Assembly (NCBI GenBank): GCA_020060545.1
Contig: JAGUZX010000026.1
Location: forward strand, 16,788-80,787
From: Desulfovibrio sp.
GTDB taxonomy: Bacteria; Bacillota; Dethiobacteria; DTU022
Direction: 5' to 3'
DNA: 64,000 nt
A program made the position numbers and the translations under genes. The notes beneath the pieces are model-generated. The model saw only the letters and a program-made list of their open reading frames with translations. It was not told the DNA's origin and made no database searches. Within the stretch, counting starts at the first letter, position 1; the number at the start of each line of letters is the position of its first letter. Below, piece by piece: positions 37,042 through 46,274 of this stretch.

Positions 37042-37416
37042 TTTTATCACCCCACAGGTATTGATTCCTTTTTCGCAAAACGGATGAACGGCCCCTGGCC
37101 TCTCTTTAATACGGAACTGGATGCCGGATCAGTCCCTCCCCTCCCTATGCTGTCTAAAAATTCAATGCCTTGCCCAAATTCTCCTGCTTCGGAGCGATTT
37201 ATTTAAGCTGCCTTTTGCCTGCGATTGCCAACCGGGAACCTGCAGCATATCAAATCAAAATGGCATTAAACCGTTCTTGGCCGTAATCTGCGCAAACACC
37301 GCCAGAATATGGCTCTGATTCAAAATAATCCCGCCCCCTGTTTGCCTCGGTAGACTGGCGGGGAGGGGCTGAATATGGTATAATGCCACTGGAAAATAAA
37401 AAAGGGGTGTCCTCAT

Positions 37417-38664
37417 TTGCGACGCATACATCTTTTTGGCTTGCTGATCATCCTCATCTTTTTCGCACTCGCCGCCCCAAAGTTAAACCTTCTCTTCTTC
37501 AACCAGCGCGGCGCCGGCACAGGACGGGAAGATGATTCCGGACAAGAACCGGGACCCGATCCCAAGCCGGACCTGCGGACGGTCAGGATCATCGCGGGCG
37601 GCGATATTACCGCGCACGACATTCAAATGCAGCAGGCCCATCTCGGCGACGGCAGGTATGATTTCAGCCCCAGCTTCGAATATATCGCCCCTTACCTCCG
37701 CGCGGCGGACCTGGCGGTGGCGGATTTTGAAACCGGCCAGGCCGGGGCCGCATACGGCTATCACGCTTATCCGGCTTTCAACGCCCCGCTGGAGCTTTCC
37801 CGGGCCGCCAGGGAAGCCGGGATCGACCTGGTCGCCACGGCAAACAACCACTCCCTGGATATGGGCTTAAGCGGGCTTAAAGCGACCCTTGATAACCTGC
37901 GGGCGGCGGGGCTGAAAACCTTCGGCACCTACAAGAGCCGTGAAGAACAGCAGGCTCCCCTGATCATAGAGGTAAACGGGATCAGGCTCGCCTTTCTTTC
38001 CTACACCTACGGCACCAACGGTATCCCGGTGCCCCAGGGGCACGAATATGCCGTCAACTTAATCGAAGACTTCCATACCCTGGACCCGATCAGCAGCGAG
38101 ATCGGCCGCGCCCGGGCCGCCGGGGCGGACCTGGTCGCCGTCTACATGCACTGGGGCGATATGTATGTTTTTGAACCGACAGAGCGGCAGAAAGAGATTG
38201 CCAGGGAGCTGGCCGCGGCGGGAGCGGACCTGATCCTGGGCGGGCACCAGCACGTGATCCAGCCGATGGAATGGATCGAGATTGCGCAACCGGACGGTTC
38301 AACCCGCTCCTCCCTGGTGACCTACTCCATGGGCAATTTCATCTCCAACCAGCATTATAGCCCCGGCCCTCCGAATTTTATCCCCACTCCCGCGGTGCAG
38401 TACGGGTTGTTGGTAGACATCGAAATTACCAAGGACATGGAGAGCGGAGAAACCCGGATAAGCGGCGCCGATTACGAGATCATCTGGGTCCACCGGCTCT
38501 GGCGCCACCGCATTCTGCCTTTGTCCGCGGTCTTCAGCGAAGGGCCGGCTAAATTCAACCTGACCGAAGCGGAGCACAATGAACTCCAGAAAGGTTTTCA
38601 ATTTAATCAAAATGTGGTCGAGAGATTCGGCTTTTCCGCGAACAAACCGGCAGGCGTGAAATAA
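37417..38664 (+). CDS. CapA-family protein (poly-gamma-glutamate synthesis CapA/PgsA-like metallophosphatase), secreted/membrane anchored
   Basis: 415 aa; signal/TM N-terminus; CapA motifs (…GGDITAHD…, …ATANNHSLD…, …GGHQHVIQP…); TTG start after AAGGGGTG RBS; upstream extended -10 TGGTATAAT (37376-37384). Confidence 0.75.
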   Translation: MRRIHLFGLLIILIFFALAAPKLNLLFFNQRGAGTGREDDSGQEPGPDPKPDLRTVRIIAGGDITAHDIQMQQAHLGDGRYDFSPSFEYIAPYLRAADLAVADFETGQAGAAYGYHAYPAFNAPLELSRAAREAGIDLVATANNHSLDMGLSGLKATLDNLRAAGLKTFGTYKSREEQQAPLIIEVNGIRLAFLSYTYGTNGIPVPQGHEYAVNLIEDFHTLDPISSEIGRARAAGADLVAVYMHWGDMYVFEPTERQKEIARELAAAGADLILGGHQHVIQPMEWIEIAQPDGSTRSSLVTYSMGNFISNQHYSPGPPNFIPTPAVQYGLLVDIEITKDMESGETRISGADYEIIWVHRLWRHRILPLSAVFSEGPAKFNLTEAEHNELQKGFQFNQNVVERFGFSANKPAGVK

Positions 38665-38723
38665 AACTATAAATAGTCTTGCCGGGATAAACTAAACTCA
38701 CATCTTCTTTAACGAGGCTAAAA

Positions 38724-39884
38724 GTGAAAATAGGCGTTTTTACCGACAGCTTCCGTCCCTATACCAGCGGTGTGGTCCGCTCGATCGAGCTTTTTACCAG
38801 GGAGTTTAACGCCCGGGGGCACGAGGTGTTTATTTTCGGACCCGACTACCCCCTCCTCCACTATCCCCGGGAAGAAAAAGTGTTTCGCTTCGCTTCCATC
38901 CCCGCCCCGACCATGCCCGATTTTGCCCTGCCGATCCCGATCTCCGTCCAGTTGGGGCCGACGATCCGCCGCCTCGGGTTGGATATTATCCATGTGCACT
39001 CGCCCTTCCTCCTGGGAAGGCTGGGCGCCAGGGCCGCCCGGCGCTTCCGGCTGCCGCTGGTGTTTACCTTTCACACCCTCTACGACCAGTACGTCCACTA
39101 CCTGCCGGTGGCGCAGCAGACTTCGCGCCGCCTGGTGGAAATAATCGGCCGCGACTTCTGCAACCGCTGTGACCTGGTCGTTACTCCCTCTCGCCTGGTG
39201 ATGAACTACCTGCGCCGCATCGGCGTGCGGAGCACCATTCAAACCATCCCCACCGGCGTGGACCTGGAAGAATTCAAGGAACTGGACCGGCAATGGCTGC
39301 AGGCAAACTACGGCGTCGGCCCCGCGGAAAAAGTGCTTCTATTTGTGGGACGGTTGGGCAAGGAAAAGAATGTGGCCTTCCTGCTTAAATCATTCCAGAT
39401 AGTGCAAAACTTAATCCCGCAGGTGCGGCTGGTCCTGGTAGGCAAGGGGCCGCTGGAAGGCTACCTGAAAAACCTTAGCCGCCAACTCGGGATCCAGGAT
39501 CGGGTGATCTTCACCGGGGTCCTGCCCCGCCAGAAGATCGTGCACTGCTATGCCAGCGCCGATATCTTTGTTTTCCCCTCCGTGACGGAGACCCAGGGGC
39601 TGGTCATCGGTGAAGCGAAGGCCGCGGGACTTCCGGTAGTGGCGATCCGGGCCTTCGGCCCGGCGGAAATGGTGCAGCACGGGGAAGACGGATTCCTGAC
39701 CGACCTTTCCCTTGCTTCGTTCACCGAAAGAATCCTTGGGCTGCTGCAGGACAGGGAGCTCTACCAGGCGATGCGCGGCAAGGCCCTGGAAAACGCAACC
39801 CTTCTTTCTTCCTCATCCTGCGCCGGCCAGATGATCGACGCTTACCAAAACCTGCTCGCCTCCCGGGAGCTGTTTGTGGGTTAA
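38724..39884 (+). CDS. GT4-family glycosyltransferase (glycosyl transferase group 1)
   Basis: 386 aa; GTG start; N-terminal …GGVVRSIELFTREFNARGHEV…, C-terminal GT1 motif (…FPSVTETQGLVIGEAKAAGLPVVA…). Confidence 0.75.
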   Translation: MKIGVFTDSFRPYTSGVVRSIELFTREFNARGHEVFIFGPDYPLLHYPREEKVFRFASIPAPTMPDFALPIPISVQLGPTIRRLGLDIIHVHSPFLLGRLGARAARRFRLPLVFTFHTLYDQYVHYLPVAQQTSRRLVEIIGRDFCNRCDLVVTPSRLVMNYLRRIGVRSTIQTIPTGVDLEEFKELDRQWLQANYGVGPAEKVLLFVGRLGKEKNVAFLLKSFQIVQNLIPQVRLVLVGKGPLEGYLKNLSRQLGIQDRVIFTGVLPRQKIVHCYASADIFVFPSVTETQGLVIGEAKAAGLPVVAIRAFGPAEMVQHGEDGFLTDLSLASFTERILGLLQDRELYQAMRGKALENATLLSSSSCAGQMIDAYQNLLASRELFVG

Positions 39885-39908
39885 AACGGCGGCCCTTATA
39901 GATTTAAC

Positions 39909-39935
39909 GGGCCGCCCCAAAGCGGCCCGTTATTT
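39909..39935. terminator. bidirectional GC hairpin terminator between glycosyltransferase gene and tRNA-Gln
   Basis: GGGCCGC-cccaaa-GCGGCCC followed by GTTATTT. Confidence 0.6.
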
Positions 39936-39940
39936 GCTAC

Positions 39941-40014
39941 TGGCTGCGGGACTAGGGATCGAACCTAGGCTTTATGATCCAGAGTCACACGTGCTGCCGC
40001 TACACCATCCCGCA
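39941..40014 (-). tRNA. tRNA-Gln (anticodon CUG)
   Basis: 74 nt cloverleaf read by eye: acceptor UGCGGGA/UCCCGCA with U1-A72, G73 discriminator, encoded CCA; anticodon stem UGUGA/UCAUA, loop CU-CUG-GA; T-arm CUAGG-UUCGAUC-CCUAG. Confidence 0.8.
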
Positions 40015-40151
40015 CCGCCTCAACCATTATAACAAAAAGAGAGATACGAATCAAGGAACCCCAACATTCATTCAGAATGCCTGACCGCATCGCCATTAAC
40101 GCCGATCCAAAACCGCGCGCCAGGAGGGCAAAAGCGATACTGGCGGGAGGG

Positions 40152-41606
40152 TTACCATCCTTTGCCTTCAATATAACGGGCCGCTTCTTCCAGGCGGCGG
40201 ACCGTTTTTTCCCGGCCCAGGAGGACCATGATCTCAAAAAGGCCGGGGCCCATGGTCCGTCCGGACAGGGCCAGGCGGGTGGGATGAATCAGCCGCGCCG
40301 CCGGTATGCCCAGCTCTTCGCTCAAAGCGCGGTAGGCCGATTCGGCGCTTTCCAGGCTAAAAGGATTCAAACCGCGCAGCCGCTCCGCCGCCAGGCGCAG
40401 CAGCCCGGCGGCGCCTTCCTTTTGGAAGTGCTTCTGCTCCCCTTTTTCATCGTACGACTCCGGAGCACGGTAAAAGTATGCGGAAGCCTCGGCCAGCTCG
40501 GCCAGGGTTTTTACCCGGTCCCGCACCGCCTCCACGACCCGTTCCAAATAGGAAAGATCCGCTCCGGCCAGGGGTGCGCGCAGCAGCCCCGCCGCTTCAA
40601 AAAAAGGCGCCGCCAGTCCGGCAATTCGCTCCAGGGAAGCTTCTCGCAGGTAGTGGCCGTTCATCCAGGTCAGCTTGGCCACATCGTAAACCGCCGCGGT
40701 TTTATTGATCCGATCCAGGGAGAAAGTCCGGATCATTTCGGCCAGATCGATGATTTCTTCCTCGCCGGGCGACCAGCCCAGAAGGGCGATGTAATTGAGG
40801 ATCGCTTCCGGCAGGTAGCCCTGGACCCTGAATTCTTCAACCGCGGTCGCGCCGTGGCGCTTGCTGAGCTTGCTGCGATCCGGGGCCAGGATCATCGGCA
40901 CATGGACGTAGCGCGGCAGCCGGTATCCCAATAACAGGGCGCAAAGCTGCTGGCGCGGCGTATTGGAAAGGTGCTCTTCAGCCCTGATGACATGGCTGAT
41001 CCGCATCTGTTCATCGTCGACAACGCTGGCAAAATTGTAAGTGGGCAAGCCGTTTGACTTGACGATAATAAAGTCGTCCAGGGTGGAGTTGTCAAAGCGG
41101 ACCTCTCCCCTGATTTCATCCACTACCACTGTTTCCCCCTGATCGGGAGTAAGAAGGCGCACCACTTGAGGGCGCCCCTCGGCCTGGAAAGCCCTCTCCT
41201 CTTCCGGGGGCAGCGTGCGGCATCTCCCCGGATAGAGGTAAGGTTTCCCGGCCTTGCGGGCTTCAGCCCGCCCTGCTGCAAGTTCATCCGGAGTGCAGTA
41301 ACAGTGGTAGGCCTTCTTTTCCGCCAAAAGGCGGGCAGCCTCGCGGCCGTATTCCGGCAAGCGCTGCGACTGGTAGTAGGGACCTTCGTCCCATTCCAGG
41401 CCCAACCAGTGCAGCGAGTTAAAGAGGGCGTCAACATATTCCGGGCGGGATCGCTCCTGGTCGGTATCATCCACACGCAGGATAAATTTCCCCCCGCAGG
41501 CCCGGGCAAACAAGAAGTTAAAAAGAGCGGTCCGGGCGCTGCCGACGTGCAGCTCTCCGGTGGGGCTGGGAGCAAACCTCACCCTGATATCAGACAACAG
41601 ATCCAC
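40152..41606 (-). CDS. gltX: glutamyl-tRNA synthetase
   Basis: 484 aa; N-terminal RFAPSPTGELHVGSARTALFN (HIGH-type) and KLSKRHG (KMSKS-type) motifs. Confidence 0.9.
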   Translation of the reverse strand: MDLLSDIRVRFAPSPTGELHVGSARTALFNFLFARACGGKFILRVDDTDQERSRPEYVDALFNSLHWLGLEWDEGPYYQSQRLPEYGREAARLLAEKKAYHCYCTPDELAAGRAEARKAGKPYLYPGRCRTLPPEEERAFQAEGRPQVVRLLTPDQGETVVVDEIRGEVRFDNSTLDDFIIVKSNGLPTYNFASVVDDEQMRISHVIRAEEHLSNTPRQQLCALLLGYRLPRYVHVPMILAPDRSKLSKRHGATAVEEFRVQGYLPEAILNYIALLGWSPGEEEIIDLAEMIRTFSLDRINKTAAVYDVAKLTWMNGHYLREASLERIAGLAAPFFEAAGLLRAPLAGADLSYLERVVEAVRDRVKTLAELAEASAYFYRAPESYDEKGEQKHFQKEGAAGLLRLAAERLRGLNPFSLESAESAYRALSEELGIPAARLIHPTRLALSGRTMGPGLFEIMVLLGREKTVRRLEEAARYIEGKGW

Positions 41607-41746
41607 ATCCTTTGGTTTGATTTACCTTCTGTAATATACCATATCCTGTATCGAAATGCTATAGCTACCCCGCCACAGATTGAGATTTGCACGCTCCTGA
41701 AAGATGGCCTCGAATTTTGACGCTACCGGTAGGCGCAAGACCCGCT

Positions 41747-43165
41747 CTACGGAATACTCTCACCTCCTGCCGCGGTATTTTCTTCCTCATCCCCTGGCGG
41801 TGGGGCAAATTCGAAAGCGGGAACGCTTCTCCCGATCCGGTAGACTGTAGCCAGGGGCCGATAATAATTGCGGGCCAGCAGTTCCCGGGAGATTTCCTCG
41901 CCGCCCCGGAAGACCACCCGCCAGGTTGTAATATAATAACCCGGGCTGCCCGTACGAACCAGTTCTGTTACTCCCGCGGGGAGTTCATCGGTCTCTTCAT
42001 AGCGAACCGGTGACGGCACCTTCCGGAAGCCGGAGGTGTGGATTTCGACTCTCTCTTCCATGGGCGGGCCGAAAATGCGGAAAGTAAGCCGTGAACCTGA
42101 CAGCTCAGCGCCGATTAAAATATAGTGGTCACGGTTGTTCTGAAATTTTAAGTCGGCGTATCCCAGCGATATCGTGGCATCACGGCCTATTGGAAGGTAA
42201 TCGACGATCAAACTGTGGTTGTGTCTTTCAACAATGGATAGATTGGCCAACAGGGCGGCGTTGTAAAGCGTAGAAGATACCTGGCACAACCCCCCGCCCA
42301 GGCCGGGAACGATCTCTTCACCGGAAATAACCGGCGCCGGCCGGTAACCTTTTTCCTTTGAAGCGGCTCCGATCACCCGGTTAAAGGAAAAGATTTCACC
42401 GGGCGCGAGCAGGTATCCGTTGATCGCCTCCGCACCGAGGCGGACATTATGATCGCGATCCGGGTTGCCCGGCGGCAGGTCGGTAAAAAAAAATACCATC
42501 ACCTGCTGCACCCCGTAATCCCGCAGATCATCTGCCGTCCGGGCGGCGGGCCAATCACCGACCGGGATCGCCATTGTGGAGTCACCCTCACGCAGTGCCT
42601 GAATAATCCCTTCCCGGAGCGCCCTTACTTTTAAGAAGCGGCCTTCCTGCTCAGGAATGATCATCACCGTTTCGGCACTGACCGCAAAAGTCGCATCATG
42701 CGGCGGCCGGTAAATCTTTTCAGCCAGCTCCGCCATAAAATGCGCCGCTGCCGCGTCGTTTGCATTTACAAGGCTCTCTACAACAAGCTTTTCCCCATAC
42801 ACCAGGTAGCGCAGTCTCTGCTTGAAACCGGCCCAACCCCTCCCGGCTTGGTAAAGCTGTTGCAGCGTAGCCGGTAAATCGCAGTGGAAACCGATGTCAG
42901 CCGGTAAAAGGACTTTGATTACTTTATCTTCAAGGATAAAAGAAATTTCGCGGGAGGCCAGAAAACTCGTTTCCAGCTGTTGCTTTGCGTCTTCCAACAG
43001 GCATCCCCCCAGGGGCGCCTGATTATGATAAACGCCGGGATAAAGCCGGTTGCGGTAATAGAAATAATCGATTAAGACTACTGCGCCGGCACAGATAAGA
43101 AATAAAATAGATCCCAGAACCCACTTGCCGCGCAGAGACCGCTTCAGGCACTCTTTCACCTTCAA
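41747..43165 (-). CDS. VanW-family protein (N-terminal TM anchor)
   Basis: 472 aa; VanW signature (…GGGLCQVSSTLYNAALLANL…); TM helix near N-terminus. Confidence 0.75.
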   Translation of the reverse strand: MKVKECLKRSLRGKWVLGSILFLICAGAVVLIDYFYYRNRLYPGVYHNQAPLGGCLLEDAKQQLETSFLASREISFILEDKVIKVLLPADIGFHCDLPATLQQLYQAGRGWAGFKQRLRYLVYGEKLVVESLVNANDAAAAHFMAELAEKIYRPPHDATFAVSAETVMIIPEQEGRFLKVRALREGIIQALREGDSTMAIPVGDWPAARTADDLRDYGVQQVMVFFFTDLPPGNPDRDHNVRLGAEAINGYLLAPGEIFSFNRVIGAASKEKGYRPAPVISGEEIVPGLGGGLCQVSSTLYNAALLANLSIVERHNHSLIVDYLPIGRDATISLGYADLKFQNNRDHYILIGAELSGSRLTFRIFGPPMEERVEIHTSGFRKVPSPVRYEETDELPAGVTELVRTGSPGYYITTWRVVFRGGEEISRELLARNYYRPLATVYRIGRSVPAFEFAPPPGDEEENTAAGGESIP

Positions 43166-43288
43166 TAAACATGACCTCGCGGAATTTACTTTTTTTTTAG
43201 CATATGAAAGTTGAAGAACCTTTTATGCAAAAAAAAATACCTGCACCAGGTATAATTGATCGGCTAAATGCCATAATATAAAAGGAAC

Positions 43289-43348
43289 CTCACGAGGCGC
43301 GATGTTATTTGTAACGATGTTACAATAACGAAGCTTCGTGGGGTTCCG
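43289..43348 (-). terminator. long nested hairpin + T-rich tail, terminator of Na+-decarboxylase gene cluster
   Basis: GGAACC(T)CACGA(G)G…C(T)TCGTGGGGTTCC with internal GTTATTTGTAAC/GTTACAATAAC arms; minus strand followed by TTTTATATTAT. Confidence 0.45.
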
Positions 43349-43351
43349 TTC

Positions 43352-44500
43352 TTAGTTGAGGATAGACAAAAGGATACCCGCCGCCACGGCCGAACCGATT
43401 ACCCCTGCTACATTTGGACCCATGGCATGCATCAGCAGGTAATTTTGCGGGTTGGCTTTTTTGCCCTCGGCTTGAGATACCCTGGCCGCCATCGGGACGG
43501 CGGATACACCGGCCGAACCGATCAGCGGGTTGATCGCTCCCTTGGTGACGACATAAAGCAGCTTCCCCATCAGGACGCCGCCGGCGGTACCGAAAGCGAA
43601 GGCGACGGCCCCCAGGGCGATAATCATCAGCGTTTCCGGAGTCAGGAATTTAGCGGCTTGCGCCTTGGCGCCCACGGACAGCCCCAGCAGGATCACGACG
43701 ATATTGATTAATTCAAATTGAGCGGTTTTGCTCAACCGTTCGGTGACGCCGCATTCGCGGATCAGGTTGCCGAACATGAGCATCCCCAGCAGGGGCAGGG
43801 CGGCCGGCAGCAGCAACCCCGTGATCATGATCGTGATCACTGGAAACAGTATTTTTTCAGTCCTGGAGACGGGGCGCAGCTGCTGCATCACTACGGCGCG
43901 TTCCTTGGGCGTAGTGAGAAGGCGCATAATCGGCGGCTGGATAAACGGGACCAGGGCCATGTACGAATAGGCGGCGATGGCGATGGGGCCTACCAGCTTT
44001 GGGGCGAGCCGGGTGGCCAGGAAGATGGCCGTGGGTCCGTCCGCGCCGCCAATAATCCCGATGGCGCCCGCATCCTGCGGCGTAAAATGAAACCAGGGCG
44101 TTGAGTTTAATAAGATCGCCCCGATAAAAGTGAGGAAGATACCCAGTTGCGCCGCCGCCCCTAAGAGCAGCGTAATCGGGTTGGCAATCAGGGGGCCGAA
44201 ATCGGTCATCGCGCCGATCCCGAGAAAAATCAGCGGCGGGTAGATACCCAGATCCAGGCCGCGGGAAAGATACCACAGCAGGCCGCCAAGCTCCCCTTCG
44301 GCCGCCTCCTTCATCAGGTCGGCCAGCGGCAGGTTCACCAGCAGCATGCCAAAGCCGATCGGCACCAGTAAAAGCGGTTCAAATTTTCTGACGATGCCCA
44401 GGTAAAGCAAGATGCAGGCGATTAGGACCATCAGGACTTGGCTCAGGGTCAGATTATAAAAACCTGTATTTTGAATAAATTCCAGGATCATTTGCAGCAT
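43352..44500 (-). CDS. Na+-transporting decarboxylase beta subunit (OadB/GcdB/MmdB family)
   Basis: 382 aa; multi-TM; conserved OadB motifs ([36 protein letters not shown]). Confidence 0.85.
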   Translation of the reverse strand: MLQMILEFIQNTGFYNLTLSQVLMVLIACILLYLGIVRKFEPLLLVPIGFGMLLVNLPLADLMKEAAEGELGGLLWYLSRGLDLGIYPPLIFLGIGAMTDFGPLIANPITLLLGAAAQLGIFLTFIGAILLNSTPWFHFTPQDAGAIGIIGGADGPTAIFLATRLAPKLVGPIAIAAYSYMALVPFIQPPIMRLLTTPKERAVVMQQLRPVSRTEKILFPVITIMITGLLLPAALPLLGMLMFGNLIRECGVTERLSKTAQFELINIVVILLGLSVGAKAQAAKFLTPETLMIIALGAVAFAFGTAGGVLMGKLLYVVTKGAINPLIGSAGVSAVPMAARVSQAEGKKANPQNYLLMHAMGPNVAGVIGSAVAAGILLSILN

Positions 44501-44543
44501 TTTTCTCTCCCCTTATTTAGGTTATGGATCGAAAATGGCGTAT

Positions 44544-44957
44544 TTAACCGATCGTCAACAAGGGGTCCCCGCTGTTAACCGTATCTCCTTTCTGGACCAG
44601 GACCGCGGTTACAGAACCGGCTCTGGGAGCTGTAACCTCGTTTTCCATTTTCATCGCTTCCAAGATGAGAAGCACATCTCCTTCTTTTACCGCCTCCCCT
44701 TCCCGGACCTTTACATCGATGATTGAGCCCGGCATGGGAGCGGTTATACTAAATCCCGCGGCGGGGGCGCTTTTTTCTCCTGTCGATACTGGTTTTGAAG
44801 AAGGATTTTGCGGCGTTTCCTGTTCAACCGGGGCTGGGGATACCGTTGTCGCTGCTGTTTTGGCCGGCTTGCTTACCGGCGGCGGAACTTTCTCGTCAAG
44901 CTCTTCAACCGTAACGGTGTACGCTTGTCCATCTACAGTGACCTTAAACTTTTTCAT
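44544..44957 (-). CDS. biotin carboxyl carrier subunit of Na+-pump decarboxylase (biotinyl domain)
   Basis: 137 aa; Pro/Ala-rich linker then biotinylation motif EAMKMENEV. Confidence 0.8.
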   Translation of the reverse strand: MKKFKVTVDGQAYTVTVEELDEKVPPPVSKPAKTAATTVSPAPVEQETPQNPSSKPVSTGEKSAPAAGFSITAPMPGSIIDVKVREGEAVKEGDVLLILEAMKMENEVTAPRAGSVTAVLVQKGDTVNSGDPLLTIG

Positions 44958-45330
44958 TCAACCTTTTCCTCCTTAAACGTTCTACTTCCAGGCTGCTTTC
45001 CAACAGCGTCTTTCTCCCGGCCGCCGCCCAATTTTTAACTATACCCGGCCTGGCGGCGGCGCCTGGCGAAATTGAAATGCGTACCGGACGGTCAGGATGT
45101 CCGTGCCTAAGGGAGTATATTGCGGCTGTTATCACCGCCGCAACATGAACCGGGATGCCGGCGGCCAAAACAGTCGCCGCTTTCGTCCGGCAGACCGGAG
45201 CGGCAGGCTCCGCCTTTTTCACGGTACGGTTTAAGAGACGGCTAAAAATGATCAGGATAAAATATAAGAGCAACAGGGTAACCATGACCACGGAGAAGCC
45301 AAGAAAAAGGACCTTTAATGCAAATGACAT
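44944..45330 (-). CDS. OadG-family small membrane subunit (gamma/delta) of Na+-pump decarboxylase
   Basis: Start trimmed to MSFALKVLFLGFSVVMVTLLLLYFILIIFSRLL (ATG 45330); single TM OadG-like N-terminus; overlaps biotin-carrier gene by 14 nt. Confidence 0.55.
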   Translation of the reverse strand: MSFALKVLFLGFSVVMVTLLLLYFILIIFSRLLNRTVKKAEPAAPVCRTKAATVLAAGIPVHVAAVITAAIYSLRHGHPDRPVRISISPGAAARPGIVKNWAAAGRKTLLESSLEVERLRRKRLNEKV

Positions 45331-45437
45331 TTCATCCAATACTGCTTCAGCCTCCCGCCGGAAAATCATTGATGCTATTTTACCATGTCTGCGCCTCTTT
45401 TGAAAAGGGCCGTTACAGCCATTTTAGGCGCGGTGGA

Positions 45438-46274
45438 TTAGCTGAAGCGCTCTTTTTTGATTTGTTCCAGATAACGGTAGGGAACAGCCACGCAGCCGGG
45501 CTTAATGGCACGGTAACTGCAGTCACCGTGGAAATCTGAACCTCCGGTGATTAACAGGCCCTTCTCCAGGGCCCGGCCGTAATAATACCGCTGTAGTTCC
45601 GGGTTGTGATCAGGGTGAAAAACTTCCACCCCCCTAAGCCCCAGAGGGATCAGTTTTTCAAGAATCCTTCTTCCCTTCAATCCCGGGTGGGCCAATACCG
45701 GCACCGCTCCGGCGTCACGCAGGACCATGATCGCCTGCGCCGGTTCCAAGGCGCTCCGGGGGACAAAAGCAGGTCGGCCCTGCTGCAGGAATAAAGTAAA
45801 GGCTTCAGCTATGTTTTGCACTAATTTGTTTTTCAGCATTGCCCGGGCCAGGTGTAATCTGCCGGGGGCCGCCGGCTCCGCTTCCGCAAAAACGTCATCG
45901 GGTGGCAGGTTAATACCCAGGCTGCTTAACCGGGAGAGGATCTTTTCCATGCGCCGGTAACGCTCCAGGCGCAGTTCGGCCAGTATCTTTTTCAGCTTCT
46001 CCGCTTCCGGGTAATAGCCAAGAATATGAATTTCCGTATTTTGCTCATGGGTGCTGATCTCCACACCCGGCACAACTTCGATCCTGCAGTCAAGTCCGGC
46101 TGACAGGGCCTGTTCCACGCCGTCAATCGCGTCGTGGTCTGTTATCGCCGCCGCCTCAAGCCCTGCGCCGGCAGCGAGTTCGATCAACCTGCCCGGTGAG
46201 AAAACACCGTCCGAGATATTGCTGTGCAGGTGCAGATCAACAAGCCTGTCTTCCTTATGCATCGCCGCAATCAC
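45438..46274 (-). CDS. PHP-domain metal-dependent phosphoesterase
   Basis: 278 aa; LHLHSNISDG, …AAITDHDAIDG… PHP motifs. Confidence 0.75.
   Translation of the reverse strand: MIAAMHKEDRLVDLHLHSNISDGVFSPGRLIELAAGAGLEAAAITDHDAIDGVEQALSAGLDCRIEVVPGVEISTHEQNTEIHILGYYPEAEKLKKILAELRLERYRRMEKILSRLSSLGINLPPDDVFAEAEPAAPGRLHLARAMLKNKLVQNIAEAFTLFLQQGRPAFVPRSALEPAQAIMVLRDAGAVPVLAHPGLKGRRILEKLIPLGLRGVEVFHPDHNPELQRYYYGRALEKGLLITGGSDFHGDCSYRAIKPGCVAVPYRYLEQIKKERFS

Noticed and set aside
37200-37260. sigma-54-like TGGCA…GCA element upstream of AOR
   Set aside because: GG/GC spacing is 11 rather than 12 and -12 element is not TTGC; not convincing.
40077-40934. 285-aa plus-strand ORF antisense to gltX
   Set aside because: Embedded in gltX; no motif.
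45370-45437. GCGCC…GGCGC hairpin between oadG-like gene and PHP gene as possible terminator
   Set aside because: Loop about 30 nt and no U-tract; genes are likely co-transcribed; too weak to call.
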